Source of the DNA: a virus
Length of the DNA stretch: 39,556 bases
IMG/VR virus record: IMGVR_UViG_3300044495_000019
Strand: one strand, 5' to 3'
Shown: positions 1 to 8,801 of the stretch, one piece after another
Layout: every line of letters begins with the position of its first letter
How positions within the stretch are numbered: position 1 is the first letter of the stretch
Position numbers and translations under genes: made by a program
The notes under the pieces: model-generated
What the model was told of the DNA's origin: nothing
Databases searched by the model: none
Seen by the model: the letters and a program-made list of their open reading frames with translations, nothing else

Positions 1-127
1 CATGCGGGCTCTGATGCGGATGCGGGAAAGTTACGAGGGTCGCATTCCCATCGATCACACGACACCCTCCGCTGACCGGCCGACGCGGGAGGAACTCGAT
101 TCGATGGTCGGCGACAAGCGCTACCTG
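1..127. repeat. Left copy of an exact 127-bp terminal duplication (identical to 39430..39556). It marks a circularly closed or permuted genome of 39,429 unique bp.
   Basis: Base-by-base comparison shows 1..127 equals 39430..39556 with no mismatch. A CDS reads in frame across the junction. Confidence 0.95.
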
Positions 128-199
128 AAAGATCCGGCATTCAGGGCGAAAGTCACTGCAGGCTTCGAGAAATTGTACGGCACCGGAGTCGTCCCGTAG
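2..199 (+). CDS. Scaffolding-like protein, C-terminal part (same gene as 38801..39556; joined length 828 nt = 275 aa)
   Basis: The frame is continuous with 38801..39556 through the repeat (39431 is equivalent to 2). Stop at 197..199. It lies immediately upstream of the capsid gene. Confidence 0.7.
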   Translation: MRALMRMRESYEGRIPIDHTTPSADRPTREELDSMVGDKRYLKDPAFRAKVTAGFEKLYGTGVVP

Positions 200-217
200 C
201 AAGTTCAAACGGGGGGA

Positions 218-246
218 TTGCATATCGTGAAATTGTGGATTACAGT
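218..246 (+). promoter_or_regulatory. Candidate sigma70-type promoter in the 200-nt leader upstream of the capsid gene
   Basis: TTGCAT (218..223), 17-nt spacer, TACAGT (241..246). Based on motif match only. Confidence 0.25.
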
Positions 247-400
247 GCGGGCAGGCTAACCGTTCGCAAGGACGGCCCTGAACAACGCTACAGCGTTCGG
301 GTGGCGCTCGTAAGGCGCAAGTACCGGCCCCGGCCTATTGGCACCGGGTCAACCGTGGCGAGAAGAAGTCTTTTTCTCAACGGATTGAAAGAGGTGCCAC

Positions 401-1240
401 ATGGCAATTCAACTCTCGACCGCCTACATCGCGCAGTTCGATGCGGAGGTCAAACAGGCATACCAGGGCACGTCGGTACTGCGCGGAACAGTGCGTACGC
501 GAACCGGTGTCGTGGGTTCCACCCATCGCTTCCCCAAGATCGGCAAGGGCGCGGCGCAGCCGCACGTTCCGCAGTCCGATGTCACGCCGATCGGCGCCAG
601 CTACAGCACGGCGACCGCAACGCTCTCCGATTGGGATGCGCCGGAATACTCGGACATCTTCATGCAGCAGAAGGTGAATTTCGACGAGCGCCGGGAACTG
701 GTGCAGGTGGTGGGCAACGCGATCGGCCGCAGGTTCGACCAGCTCATCATCAACGCGATGGTCGCGGCCTCGAGCCCGGAAACCGTCAGCAATGACATCG
801 GCGGAACGGACTCCAACCTCAACGTCACGAAGCTGATCGAGGCGAAGCGGCTGCTCGACAAGAACAACGTGCCCCCGGGCGACCGCTACATTTTGTGCCA
901 TGCGAACAACTTGGCCGGGATGCTCGCCGAAACCCAGGTCACATCCGCCGACTTCAACTCGGTCAAGGCGCTGGTGCAGGGCGAACTCAACACGTTCCTC
1001 GGCTTCAAGTTCATGACCATCGGCGACCGCGACGAGGGCGGGCTTCCGCTCGCAACCAACGATCGCAGCGTGTTCGCGTGGCACCGCCAAGCGATGGGCA
1101 TGGCGGAAGGCATCGCGCCGCGCACCGCGATCGACTGGATCCCGCAGAAAGTATCGTTCCTCGTGAACGCGGTTTTCTCAGCGGGCGCAGTCACGATCGA
1201 CGACGAAGGTGTGGTCGTCATCACCTGCGACGAAGCGTAA
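401..1240 (+). CDS. Major capsid protein (HK97-fold, N4/podovirus-type small MCP)
   Basis: ATG preceded by AAAGAGG. 279 aa. It sits after the portal and scaffold genes. The sequence pattern (FPKIGKG...NFDERRELVQVVGNAIGRRFDQLIINAM) resembles podoviral MCP families. Confidence 0.8.
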   Translation: MAIQLSTAYIAQFDAEVKQAYQGTSVLRGTVRTRTGVVGSTHRFPKIGKGAAQPHVPQSDVTPIGASYSTATATLSDWDAPEYSDIFMQQKVNFDERRELVQVVGNAIGRRFDQLIINAMVAASSPETVSNDIGGTDSNLNVTKLIEAKRLLDKNNVPPGDRYILCHANNLAGMLAETQVTSADFNSVKALVQGELNTFLGFKFMTIGDRDEGGLPLATNDRSVFAWHRQAMGMAEGIAPRTAIDWIPQKVSFLVNAVFSAGAVTIDDEGVVVITCDEA

Positions 1241-1265
1241 CCCTTAACCGCCAAGGAGATTCAAC

Positions 1266-1580
1266 ATGGCATTTGACATCGACAATCTGCAGCGAATCGG
1301 CGGCAGCGTGAAGGGCCAAACCACGAATTTCGGAGCCCCCACGATCTGGAGTTACAAGACGAATGATGCGGTCTCAGCGGTGGACGCGGCCGGCTATTTC
1401 GACAATGGCGCGACCACCAACACGGGGGCTCGCAACCTCCTGTCAATCGGAGACTTCATCTTCGTCCACGGCACGCAGGACACGGTCCCAACCTTCGGGT
1501 TGCTGGCCGTGAACGCGAACGCGAGCGGCATCGTCGACACCACGAACACGCTGCTCGGCACCACGATCGATTCCGACTAG
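1266..1580 (+). CDS. Small capsid-associated protein (possible decoration protein); T/N/G/S-rich
   Basis: AAGGAG RBS 8 nt upstream of the ATG. 104 aa. Located directly after the MCP. Confidence 0.75.
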   Translation: MAFDIDNLQRIGGSVKGQTTNFGAPTIWSYKTNDAVSAVDAAGYFDNGATTNTGARNLLSIGDFIFVHGTQDTVPTFGLLAVNANASGIVDTTNTLLGTTIDSD

Positions 1581-1591
1581 GAATTGATCGG

Positions 1592-2191
1592 ATGGCGGCG
1601 CTCTACAAGGAGCGCCACGAGGGGGCGGCCCTGGTGGTGGGGTACGCCCCCTCGGTGCGGTTAGATGTGACCGCGGCGCAACTGCTTCGTCCCGGAGCGG
1701 TGCTCCTGGGCGTCAAGTATGCGGCGGTGCTGTATCAGGAGATCGAGCACGTGTGGACGCAGCATACCGAGCAAGCTCCAGACATCCGGGTGCGCGCCGG
1801 CCGCAAAATCTCTATTCACGGCCGGCCTTCTCGTCTGCAGCATCGCCGCTCGACTTGGGTGATTCCCGGTAAGACCTCCGATCTCGATTACGCCTGGCCT
1901 AGCCTGTCATGGGTCTATGGCGGCAGCGGCTTCTGCGCCGGTCTGTGGGCGCGTCACGGCATGGGCTTTTCCGAGGTCATCCTTTGCGGAATCCCGATGG
2001 ATACTGGCGGCTACGCACCCGAGATCGCTCAATTCAAGGTGCCGCGCGGTGATGGCGGCAAGTCGTTCGTGGACGCGCCCGCGCTTGCTCGCTGGCGCAA
2101 CCTTGTATCGGAATTCTTAAAAGACGGGCGCGCGGCGGGCATCACCAGCATGAGCGGGTGGACGAGATCCGCCTTGGGGGCACCATGCTAA
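1592..2191 (+). CDS. Maf/DUF115- or CstII(GT42)-like putative glycosyltransferase, paralog 1
   Basis: ALVVGYAPSV N-terminus, GGSGFCAGLWARHGMGFSEVILCGIPMD core, GITSMSGWTRSALGAP tail. Clear paralog of 3503..4087. Confidence 0.55.
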   Translation: MAALYKERHEGAALVVGYAPSVRLDVTAAQLLRPGAVLLGVKYAAVLYQEIEHVWTQHTEQAPDIRVRAGRKISIHGRPSRLQHRRSTWVIPGKTSDLDYAWPSLSWVYGGSGFCAGLWARHGMGFSEVILCGIPMDTGGYAPEIAQFKVPRGDGGKSFVDAPALARWRNLVSEFLKDGRAAGITSMSGWTRSALGAPC

Positions 2192-2823
2192 CGGTATCTT
2201 GCGTCCTGAGAAGTGGCGGAATCTATGACGCAGAGTGGGTCAAGAAACTCCGTGATGGAGTCGCCAGGAATCTGAAAGTCGATCACCGTTTCGTTTGCTA
2301 TAGCGATACCGACGTTCCTTGTGAGCGCATCCCGTTGCGCCACAACTGGCCGGGATGGTGGGCAAAAATAGAGTTGTTCGACGGTCGCGTTTCTGGCCCA
2401 CATATCTACTTTGACTTGGATAATGTAGCGATGGGTGATCTCTCCCCGCTCATCGACTGCCAGCACGAATTCTCCATGCTGCGCAACTTCCACCGTCCGC
2501 AGCACGCAAGTTCATGCCTGATGTGGTTCAAGGAGTCAGCCCCGGCCGGCGTATGGGATAAGTTCATCTCTGATCCAAAGCGGTGGATGGAGTATTACGC
2601 AACCGACCGTAGCGGCGCCTATTGGGGCGATCAGGCATTCATTTGGGATGCGCTGGATCGCAAAGTCCCCCTCATGGATTTCCCGCGCACCGTCGTTGCC
2701 CATTACAAGCAGGACGTTGCCGCAAAGCATTGCCCTCCTCCGAGCGCTTCGATGGTTATCTTCAGTGGCAGCGTTAAGCCATCAATCGTGCAAGATGTTT
2801 GGCTCAAAAAGGCATGGGTATGA
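2185..2823 (+). CDS. GT-A fold glycosyltransferase of the phage GWW-K-ELF type
   Basis: The ATG overlaps the upstream stop (ATGCTAA). Motifs FVCYSD, NWPGWWAKIELF, YFDLDNV (DxD), GDQAF. Confidence 0.65.
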   Translation: MLTVSCVLRSGGIYDAEWVKKLRDGVARNLKVDHRFVCYSDTDVPCERIPLRHNWPGWWAKIELFDGRVSGPHIYFDLDNVAMGDLSPLIDCQHEFSMLRNFHRPQHASSCLMWFKESAPAGVWDKFISDPKRWMEYYATDRSGAYWGDQAFIWDALDRKVPLMDFPRTVVAHYKQDVAAKHCPPPSASMVIFSGSVKPSIVQDVWLKKAWV

Positions 2824-3518
2824 TCTCACTCATTCTTCCGTATTGGCAACGTCAGGCTGCGGCGGATGCGGCGCTTAGTCTGCTCGCCAAACATTACGCC
2901 GATCTCTCCCTTGAAGTGATTGTCGTGGATGATGGCTCGCCCATTCCTTTCCGCGCACCAGAAAGCATGCCCTTCGCTTTGCGAGTAATCAGACTGCAAC
3001 AGAAGAATGATCCAAAAGATCCATGTGTTCCAGTAAATGCTGGGGCGAATGCTGCTGCTGGCGATTATCTCGCGTTATCCTGCATCGAGATTCTGCATGT
3101 GAACCCGGTGCTGCCTGCGATGCTTGAGCAATGCATGAACGGTGATGAGAATACTTACGTGCTCGCAGCGGTGTGGGCTCCAGAGTCCAATCGCTGGCAT
3201 GTTCACAGTTCTCTCGCTGATGGGCGGCCCGCCGCCAGAACCAACATTCGCATGCCCATCGGGGCGCATTACAACTTCATGGCAATGATGAGCCGTTCAC
3301 TATGGGATCATTCCGGCGGTTTCGATGATGATTACCGTTCCGGTGCTGGATACGGAGATGCGGATTACATTTTGCGCTTGCAGCGCGCAGGAGCTCATTT
3401 TCATATACGCGATGACTTGGTTGTTCATCATCCTCGTGCTGGAGCGCATGCGAAATGGACGCCAGAAATGTTCGAGCGCAACCGAAAACTCTATATCAGC
3501 AAATGGGCACCGTCTTGA
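2820..3518 (+). CDS. Family-2 (GT2) glycosyltransferase
   Basis: ATGA overlap with the upstream gene. Motifs LSLEVIVVDDGSP, NAGANAAAGDYL, GGFDDDYRSGAGYGDADYILRLQRAG. Confidence 0.75.
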   Translation: MISLILPYWQRQAAADAALSLLAKHYADLSLEVIVVDDGSPIPFRAPESMPFALRVIRLQQKNDPKDPCVPVNAGANAAAGDYLALSCIEILHVNPVLPAMLEQCMNGDENTYVLAAVWAPESNRWHVHSSLADGRPAARTNIRMPIGAHYNFMAMMSRSLWDHSGGFDDDYRSGAGYGDADYILRLQRAGAHFHIRDDLVVHHPRAGAHAKWTPEMFERNRKLYISKWAPS

Positions 3519-4087
3519 TCGTGGGCTCCGCACCTTGTGTCAGAGCCGATTTGGAAGCAGCGCGGATGCTGCGACCAAGCGCAGAACATATTGCCGTCAA
3601 ATTCTCGGTGGCGATCGTCCATGCTGCGATCGCCGTCACGCATCACGCTGAGCATGCGAGCCGCATGAAGAAGCTGCACCGCGAAATATGGGGCGATGAG
3701 GTCTATATTCACATGCCGAAGAAACTCATCAAGCCGGAATTCATGCCGTATATCGACTACATCTGGAGTGAACTTGCTGGTGTTGGAGGTACTTCATCTT
3801 GGGGTGCCGCGCGCCTCGCGAAACTCCTTGGATACGAGGAAGTAATCCTCTGCGGTTGCCCTCTGGAAAGCGCGAAGGATGGCGAGCTCTACCATGATGC
3901 CGAGATTTTCGAGGCAGCTAATCGTGTCGGGGCATCGCGCCATCGCGGGGAGCCGTGGGCGAATGAGGCGGCCGTGCGCCAATATCAACGTAAGATTTCC
4001 GACCAGGTCGATCAAGGATTGGCGACCGGAATTTATTCGATGAGCGGCTGGACCCGCGATAAATTAGGAGCGCCCAATGGCCGGTGA
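3503..4087 (+). CDS. Maf/DUF115- or CstII(GT42)-like putative glycosyltransferase, paralog 2
   Basis: VLIVGSAPCV N-terminus, GGTSSWGAARLAKLLGYEEVILCGCPLE core, GIYSMSGWTRDKLGAP tail. Start chosen at the ATG inside the track ORF 3455..4087. Confidence 0.55.
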   Translation: MGTVLIVGSAPCVRADLEAARMLRPSAEHIAVKFSVAIVHAAIAVTHHAEHASRMKKLHREIWGDEVYIHMPKKLIKPEFMPYIDYIWSELAGVGGTSSWGAARLAKLLGYEEVILCGCPLESAKDGELYHDAEIFEAANRVGASRHRGEPWANEAAVRQYQRKISDQVDQGLATGIYSMSGWTRDKLGAPNGR

Positions 4088-4691
4088 AACAGACATCTCG
4101 ATTTGCTCATCCGCACTGATCCTGCTCGGACAACCGGCGATTGCTTCCTTCACCGAGGATTCCGATGCCGCACGCACTTGTGCGCAACTCTACGAGACGC
4201 AGAAGGCGGCATTGCTGGCCGCCTACCCGTGGGCCTTCAGCAAGAAAAAGGTGCAGTTGGCGCGTTTGGTGACGGCGCCTATCTCCGGGTGGAGTTACCA
4301 ATATACGATGCCGACCGACCGGGTAGGCGAAGCATTCGCCGTGTTTTCATCAAGCGCTGTCGGTGCGCGCCCGATCCTCGAATACGACATCCAGGCGGGG
4401 CGGCTCCTCGCTGGTGCGACCGAACTCTGGCTCGACTATCAATACAACGCGGATGAAGCCGATATGCCGGCGCATTTTGTCCAGCTTCTTGTATTCGTGC
4501 TGGCATCGATCTTCGCCGAGCCGGTGACTGAAGTTACCAGCAAGAGTGCCTACTGGCATGAGATCGCTTACGGAAACCCGTCGGATAACATGCGCGGCGG
4601 CTACTTTCGCACGGCAGTCGGCATTGACGGCCGCGGACACCCGAATCAGGCAATCAATTCCGACGAGCTGATCAACGTGAGATTCGCCTGA
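4077..4691 (+). CDS. Tail tubular protein A / adaptor (T7 gp11-like)
   Basis: 204 aa. The N-terminus ISICSSALILLGQPAIASFTEDSDAARTCAQLYE...PWAF parallels the T7 gp11 N-terminus. It precedes the gp12-like gene. Confidence 0.7.
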   Translation: MAGETDISICSSALILLGQPAIASFTEDSDAARTCAQLYETQKAALLAAYPWAFSKKKVQLARLVTAPISGWSYQYTMPTDRVGEAFAVFSSSAVGARPILEYDIQAGRLLAGATELWLDYQYNADEADMPAHFVQLLVFVLASIFAEPVTEVTSKSAYWHEIAYGNPSDNMRGGYFRTAVGIDGRGHPNQAINSDELINVRFA

Positions 4692-6676
4692 TGGCCCGGT
4701 TTGTCTCGATACAGAGTAACTTCAGCGTCGGCGAAATCGACCCGCTGGTGCGCGCTCGACTCGACCTCCAGCAGTATTACAACGCCTGTCAGCAAGGCCG
4801 CAACGTGCTGTTTCAGCCGCAGGGTGGGTTTCGTTGGCGGCCCGGAACGAAGTTCATCTTTCAGCTACCGTCAGCAGCGAATCCCGGGAGTGGCGTCAAG
4901 TGCGTCCCGTTCGAGTTCTCGGTGGATGATTCCTACATGCTGGTATTCGTGAATCTCCGCATGTACGTGTTCAAGAATAAAGCCCTCGTCACTGACATCA
5001 ACGGCGTGACCGATCAGGATTATCTTGTGACGACGATTACTTCCGCCATGCTCGCCGAGATGAGCTGGACGCAATCTGCGGATACTCTGATCGTCGTCGA
5101 AAAGGATATGGAGCCGAAGAAGATCGTGCGCGGCGTGACCGACGCCGACTGGACGATCTCAGACATCACATTTGATTCGATACCGCTCTATCAATTCACG
5201 ACTACGACGATCAACGAGCCGGCGGCGACACTCACTCCTTCCGCGACCAGTGGCAATATCACACTGACTGCCAGTGCCCCCGTATTCGTAGCCGGGGATG
5301 TCGGAAAATACGTGAACGCCGAACCGGCCGGTCGCGCCCGCGTTCTCGGATTCACCAGCACGACCATTCTTTCCGCGGTAGTGGAAATTCCATTCTTTTC
5401 TACCACAGCGATTGCTTCCGGCTCCTGGGATCTGGAGGGCAATTACGAAGAAGTCTGGTCGAGTACCCGCGGCTGGCCGCGCACTTGCGTATTCCACGAA
5501 GGCCGTCTGTTCTTCGGTGGTTCCAAGTCGCGCCCCTCTACGGTGTGGGGCAGTCGCGTCGGCTTCTTCTTTGAGTTCTCACAATCGACCGGCTTTGCGG
5601 ATGACGCGGTGGAGCATACCACGGGCTCTGGGCGCTTCAACGCCATCACCGACATGATCAGCGGTCGTGATCTGCAAGTGTTCACCACTGGCGGCGAATA
5701 CTTTGTCCCTCAATCCGCAAGCGAACCGATCACGCCAGATAACTTCTTCATCAAGACCGCGACCCCGAATGGCTCACGCGTGGGCGTGCGCGTACAGCAA
5801 CTCGAATCCGGCACGCTTTATGTCCAGCGCGAGGGCAAGGCGCTACAGGAATTCCTGTTCAACGATGTTGAGCTCGCCTACATCTCGAACAAGATCAGCC
5901 TTCTCTCCGGGCATTTCCTACTGGAGCCGAAGCGCATGGCGTTGCGCCGGGCAACTTCCACTGATGAGGGCGATCTGCTACTCATCACCAACGATTTAGA
6001 CGGCACGATGGGTGCGTGGATGCTGCTGCGCTCGCAGAACGTGATCGCGCCATCGCTCTGGTCAACCGAGGGCTCGTTCATCGACGTGGCGGTGGACGTG
6101 GATACGATCTACACGGTGGTCGAGCGCCAGATCGGCTCCAACTTCGAGTATTACGTCGAGGTATTCGATCTCGATTTGAACACCGATTGCGCCTTCACCG
6201 GCGCTGCGGCATCAAGCGCTTCCGGTATTCCATATACCAGCTTGACGGTAGACCTCCTGCTTGATGGCACGGTGCAGGAGCAGCAGACGGTGGATGGTTC
6301 AGGCGTCGTCACCTTCCCGCGCGCCTCAGTGACTTCCTACGAGTTGGGGATTCCTTTCACTCCGATCGTGACAACGATGCCAGCCGAGCCGAGGCTAGCG
6401 GCTGGCGTTCGCGTCGGATTCAAAAAACGCATCCCGCAAGTCAATACGATGGTGAAGGACACGCAACACTTCACGGTGAACGGGCAGGAAGTATCATTCC
6501 GCACTTTCGGTTCATCGCTACTGGACGAGCCAGTCGTGGAGTTCACAGGTACAAAGCGCATCGGAGGATTGCTCGGGTACTCAGAGGAAGCGCAGATCAC
6601 CTTCTCGCGCACGGTGCCATTGAAGGCTACGATTCTTGGCGTCGATTATCGCGTCGCCGTTCACGGAGGTACCTGA
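4691..6676 (+). CDS. Tail tubular protein B / nozzle (T7 gp12-like)
   Basis: 661 aa. The N-terminus SNFSVGEIDPLVRARLDLQQYYNACQ...RPG is typical of podoviral nozzle proteins. TGATG overlap with the upstream gene. Confidence 0.7.
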   Translation: MARFVSIQSNFSVGEIDPLVRARLDLQQYYNACQQGRNVLFQPQGGFRWRPGTKFIFQLPSAANPGSGVKCVPFEFSVDDSYMLVFVNLRMYVFKNKALVTDINGVTDQDYLVTTITSAMLAEMSWTQSADTLIVVEKDMEPKKIVRGVTDADWTISDITFDSIPLYQFTTTTINEPAATLTPSATSGNITLTASAPVFVAGDVGKYVNAEPAGRARVLGFTSTTILSAVVEIPFFSTTAIASGSWDLEGNYEEVWSSTRGWPRTCVFHEGRLFFGGSKSRPSTVWGSRVGFFFEFSQSTGFADDAVEHTTGSGRFNAITDMISGRDLQVFTTGGEYFVPQSASEPITPDNFFIKTATPNGSRVGVRVQQLESGTLYVQREGKALQEFLFNDVELAYISNKISLLSGHFLLEPKRMALRRATSTDEGDLLLITNDLDGTMGAWMLLRSQNVIAPSLWSTEGSFIDVAVDVDTIYTVVERQIGSNFEYYVEVFDLDLNTDCAFTGAAASSASGIPYTSLTVDLLLDGTVQEQQTVDGSGVVTFPRASVTSYELGIPFTPIVTTMPAEPRLAAGVRVGFKKRIPQVNTMVKDTQHFTVNGQEVSFRTFGSSLLDEPVVEFTGTKRIGGLLGYSEEAQITFSRTVPLKATILGVDYRVAVHGGT

Positions 6677-6678
6677 CC

Positions 6679-7122
6679 ATGATGTGGGTCGCCATTGCCG
6701 CTGTCGCACTCCAAGCCTACAGCTCCGTCAAGCAGGGCCAGCAGGAGCAAAAGCTCTACGAGCAGCAGGCAGAACAAGCACGCTTTCAGGCTCGCGTGCA
6801 GGCCACGCAATACGAGCAGCAGGCTAACCGAATGCTCAAGGCGTCCCTTGAAACGCAAGCCGCAGCTCGGGCGCGGGCGGCCGCTGGCGGCGTGGACCCA
6901 TTCTCTGGCTCGGCCGGCTTCGTGCAGGACTTGAGCGCGAAGGAAGGAATCGAGGATTTCAAGATCCTGTCAGATAGCGCCACGCTTGCCCGCGAGAGCG
7001 GTCAACTTCAGGGGCAAATCTACGAGGATGCGGGCCGTTATGCGCGGCGCCGGGGGCTATTGGGAGCTGCTACAGCCATCGGACAGGGTGCGGCGAGTTA
7101 TGGCCGGATAGGTGGCAGGTAA
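6679..7122 (+). CDS. Internal virion protein (N-terminal TM, Q/A-rich coiled coil)
   Basis: 147 aa. Located after the nozzle gene, as for T7 core proteins. Confidence 0.6.
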   Translation: MMWVAIAAVALQAYSSVKQGQQEQKLYEQQAEQARFQARVQATQYEQQANRMLKASLETQAAARARAAAGGVDPFSGSAGFVQDLSAKEGIEDFKILSDSATLARESGQLQGQIYEDAGRYARRRGLLGAATAIGQGAASYGRIGGR

Positions 7123-8801
7123 TGGCTGAAGCGCTTCCCCGCTACCGCTCTCGCGCCCTCTTGGGCGATGTGCCCCGGCTCGACTTCGCCGCGGGCCGTG
7201 AGCAAGTGCGGCTGCAGTCTCAGTTCACCGAGACGTTGAATCGCATGTCGAAATTCGCCTTCGGCGTGGCCGAGGAGGAAGCCCGAGAGAAGGGACTGCA
7301 ATACGGGGCCGAGAACCCGGTCACGGCCGAGCAGATTCGGGAGGCGACTGCTTCAGGACGCGATCCAGAAACGCTCTTTCAGGGCAAGCGCGGCGTATTC
7401 GGGCGCACGGTGTTCGGGGAAGCGGCGCGTGCCGCACAGGTGGCTTCCGTGGCATCCGAGATTCAGAGCGAAGCGCAGACGAAATTGGGTGCGCTGACAG
7501 TTGGCGTTGAGCGTGGCGAGATTCCGCTTGATAAAGCACGCTCCGATATTCAGGCAATGCTGGATGGCTATAGCAACGCGCTCGTCACGGTTGATCCAAA
7601 GACTTCGGTGCGGCTGCGCGCGGCGCTTGCGACGGACGCCAATTCGACATTCCTCAAGATCACGCAAACCTATTTCAAGAAGCAGGACGAGTTGCGCAAG
7701 GTCGCGGTCGATGCCTGGATCAATAACACGTTGCCCGGAATGATCCAAGCGCATATAGAAGCAGGCGCGACGCTCGATCCGCAAGGCGGGAAGATCACGC
7801 CGCAGCAGCGCATCGACACATTGAAGCCCGTATTGATGAACCAACTCGCTGCGATCGGAGACGATACCTATGCTCGGCAGGCAATGGAGAAGTTCGACAA
7901 GACCGTATCGCGGGCGCGTGTCAATGCTGTTTCCTCCTTCGTTGCCCAAGACGAATTCATGCGGGATCCTTCGGCTGCTCTCACTCAAATTCGTTCGGGA
8001 AACCTGGGCGCGATGTCCGATCTCTACAAGTCGATGCCTGCCTCGGAACAGGAGGACGTTCGCAAGAACTTCATGGAGGAAGCCGGCCGCATTCACACGT
8101 TGACTGAGCGTGCCGTCAAGACGGGCGAGGACGAGGCGAAAAATAAGGTATTCGATCTGGCATCCCGCTACTGGCTGATGCCGGATGGACCGGCGAAGGA
8201 TGGCGTACGAAATCAGATCATCGAGGCCGGGCGCGGGGTGATGAGTTTCGACCAATTGAAATCGCTTCTCAAAACAACGGACGAGCATGAGAACGTGCCG
8301 CTTGAAGTGGAGGCGCAGCGCTTGATTAGGCGCACTGGCGTCACTGACATCTCGGAGATTCAGCGCCGCGTGCCGGGACTGCAGCCGAAGCAGTTGCGGC
8401 GCCTGCAGGACATGATTCTTGATTCTGGTGACAGGTCGCTGCGCGAAGGCATCCGCACGATGGCGGGGATTCCCGATGGCTTGGTGCAGATGACGGGAGA
8501 CCAGCAGCGTCGTTTCCAGGCATTGACCGAAGAAGCTGAGAGGCTGAAATCCGAGGCGATCGCAAAAACCGGCGCTTACGATCCAAATATCGTGCTGGGC
8601 GAGCTACGCTCCACGAAGGAGCGCATCACCGCGGACAAGGCGGTTGACTCCGCGAAAGCCTCGCTTGAGGGATTTGGAGCGACCAAGAACGTGAAGATAG
8701 ACGAGAACACTTCTGAGGCAGAATTGAAGAAATTAAACTTCACTGCTCCCGAAATCCGCGAGATCGAGCGGCAACAGCGCATCATCAAGGGCCAGCGATG
8801 A
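7122..8801 (+). CDS. Internal virion / ejection protein
   Basis: 559 aa, helical and charged. TAATG overlap with the upstream gene. Confidence 0.55.
   Translation: MAEALPRYRSRALLGDVPRLDFAAGREQVRLQSQFTETLNRMSKFAFGVAEEEAREKGLQYGAENPVTAEQIREATASGRDPETLFQGKRGVFGRTVFGEAARAAQVASVASEIQSEAQTKLGALTVGVERGEIPLDKARSDIQAMLDGYSNALVTVDPKTSVRLRAALATDANSTFLKITQTYFKKQDELRKVAVDAWINNTLPGMIQAHIEAGATLDPQGGKITPQQRIDTLKPVLMNQLAAIGDDTYARQAMEKFDKTVSRARVNAVSSFVAQDEFMRDPSAALTQIRSGNLGAMSDLYKSMPASEQEDVRKNFMEEAGRIHTLTERAVKTGEDEAKNKVFDLASRYWLMPDGPAKDGVRNQIIEAGRGVMSFDQLKSLLKTTDEHENVPLEVEAQRLIRRTGVTDISEIQRRVPGLQPKQLRRLQDMILDSGDRSLREGIRTMAGIPDGLVQMTGDQQRRFQALTEEAERLKSEAIAKTGAYDPNIVLGELRSTKERITADKAVDSAKASLEGFGATKNVKIDENTSEAELKKLNFTAPEIREIERQQRIIKGQR

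Noticed and set aside
235-795. 186-aa + strand ORF overlapping the leader and the first half of the capsid gene
   Set aside because: The product is Arg/Gly-rich. The ORF is out of frame with the strongly supported MCP gene, which has its own RBS.
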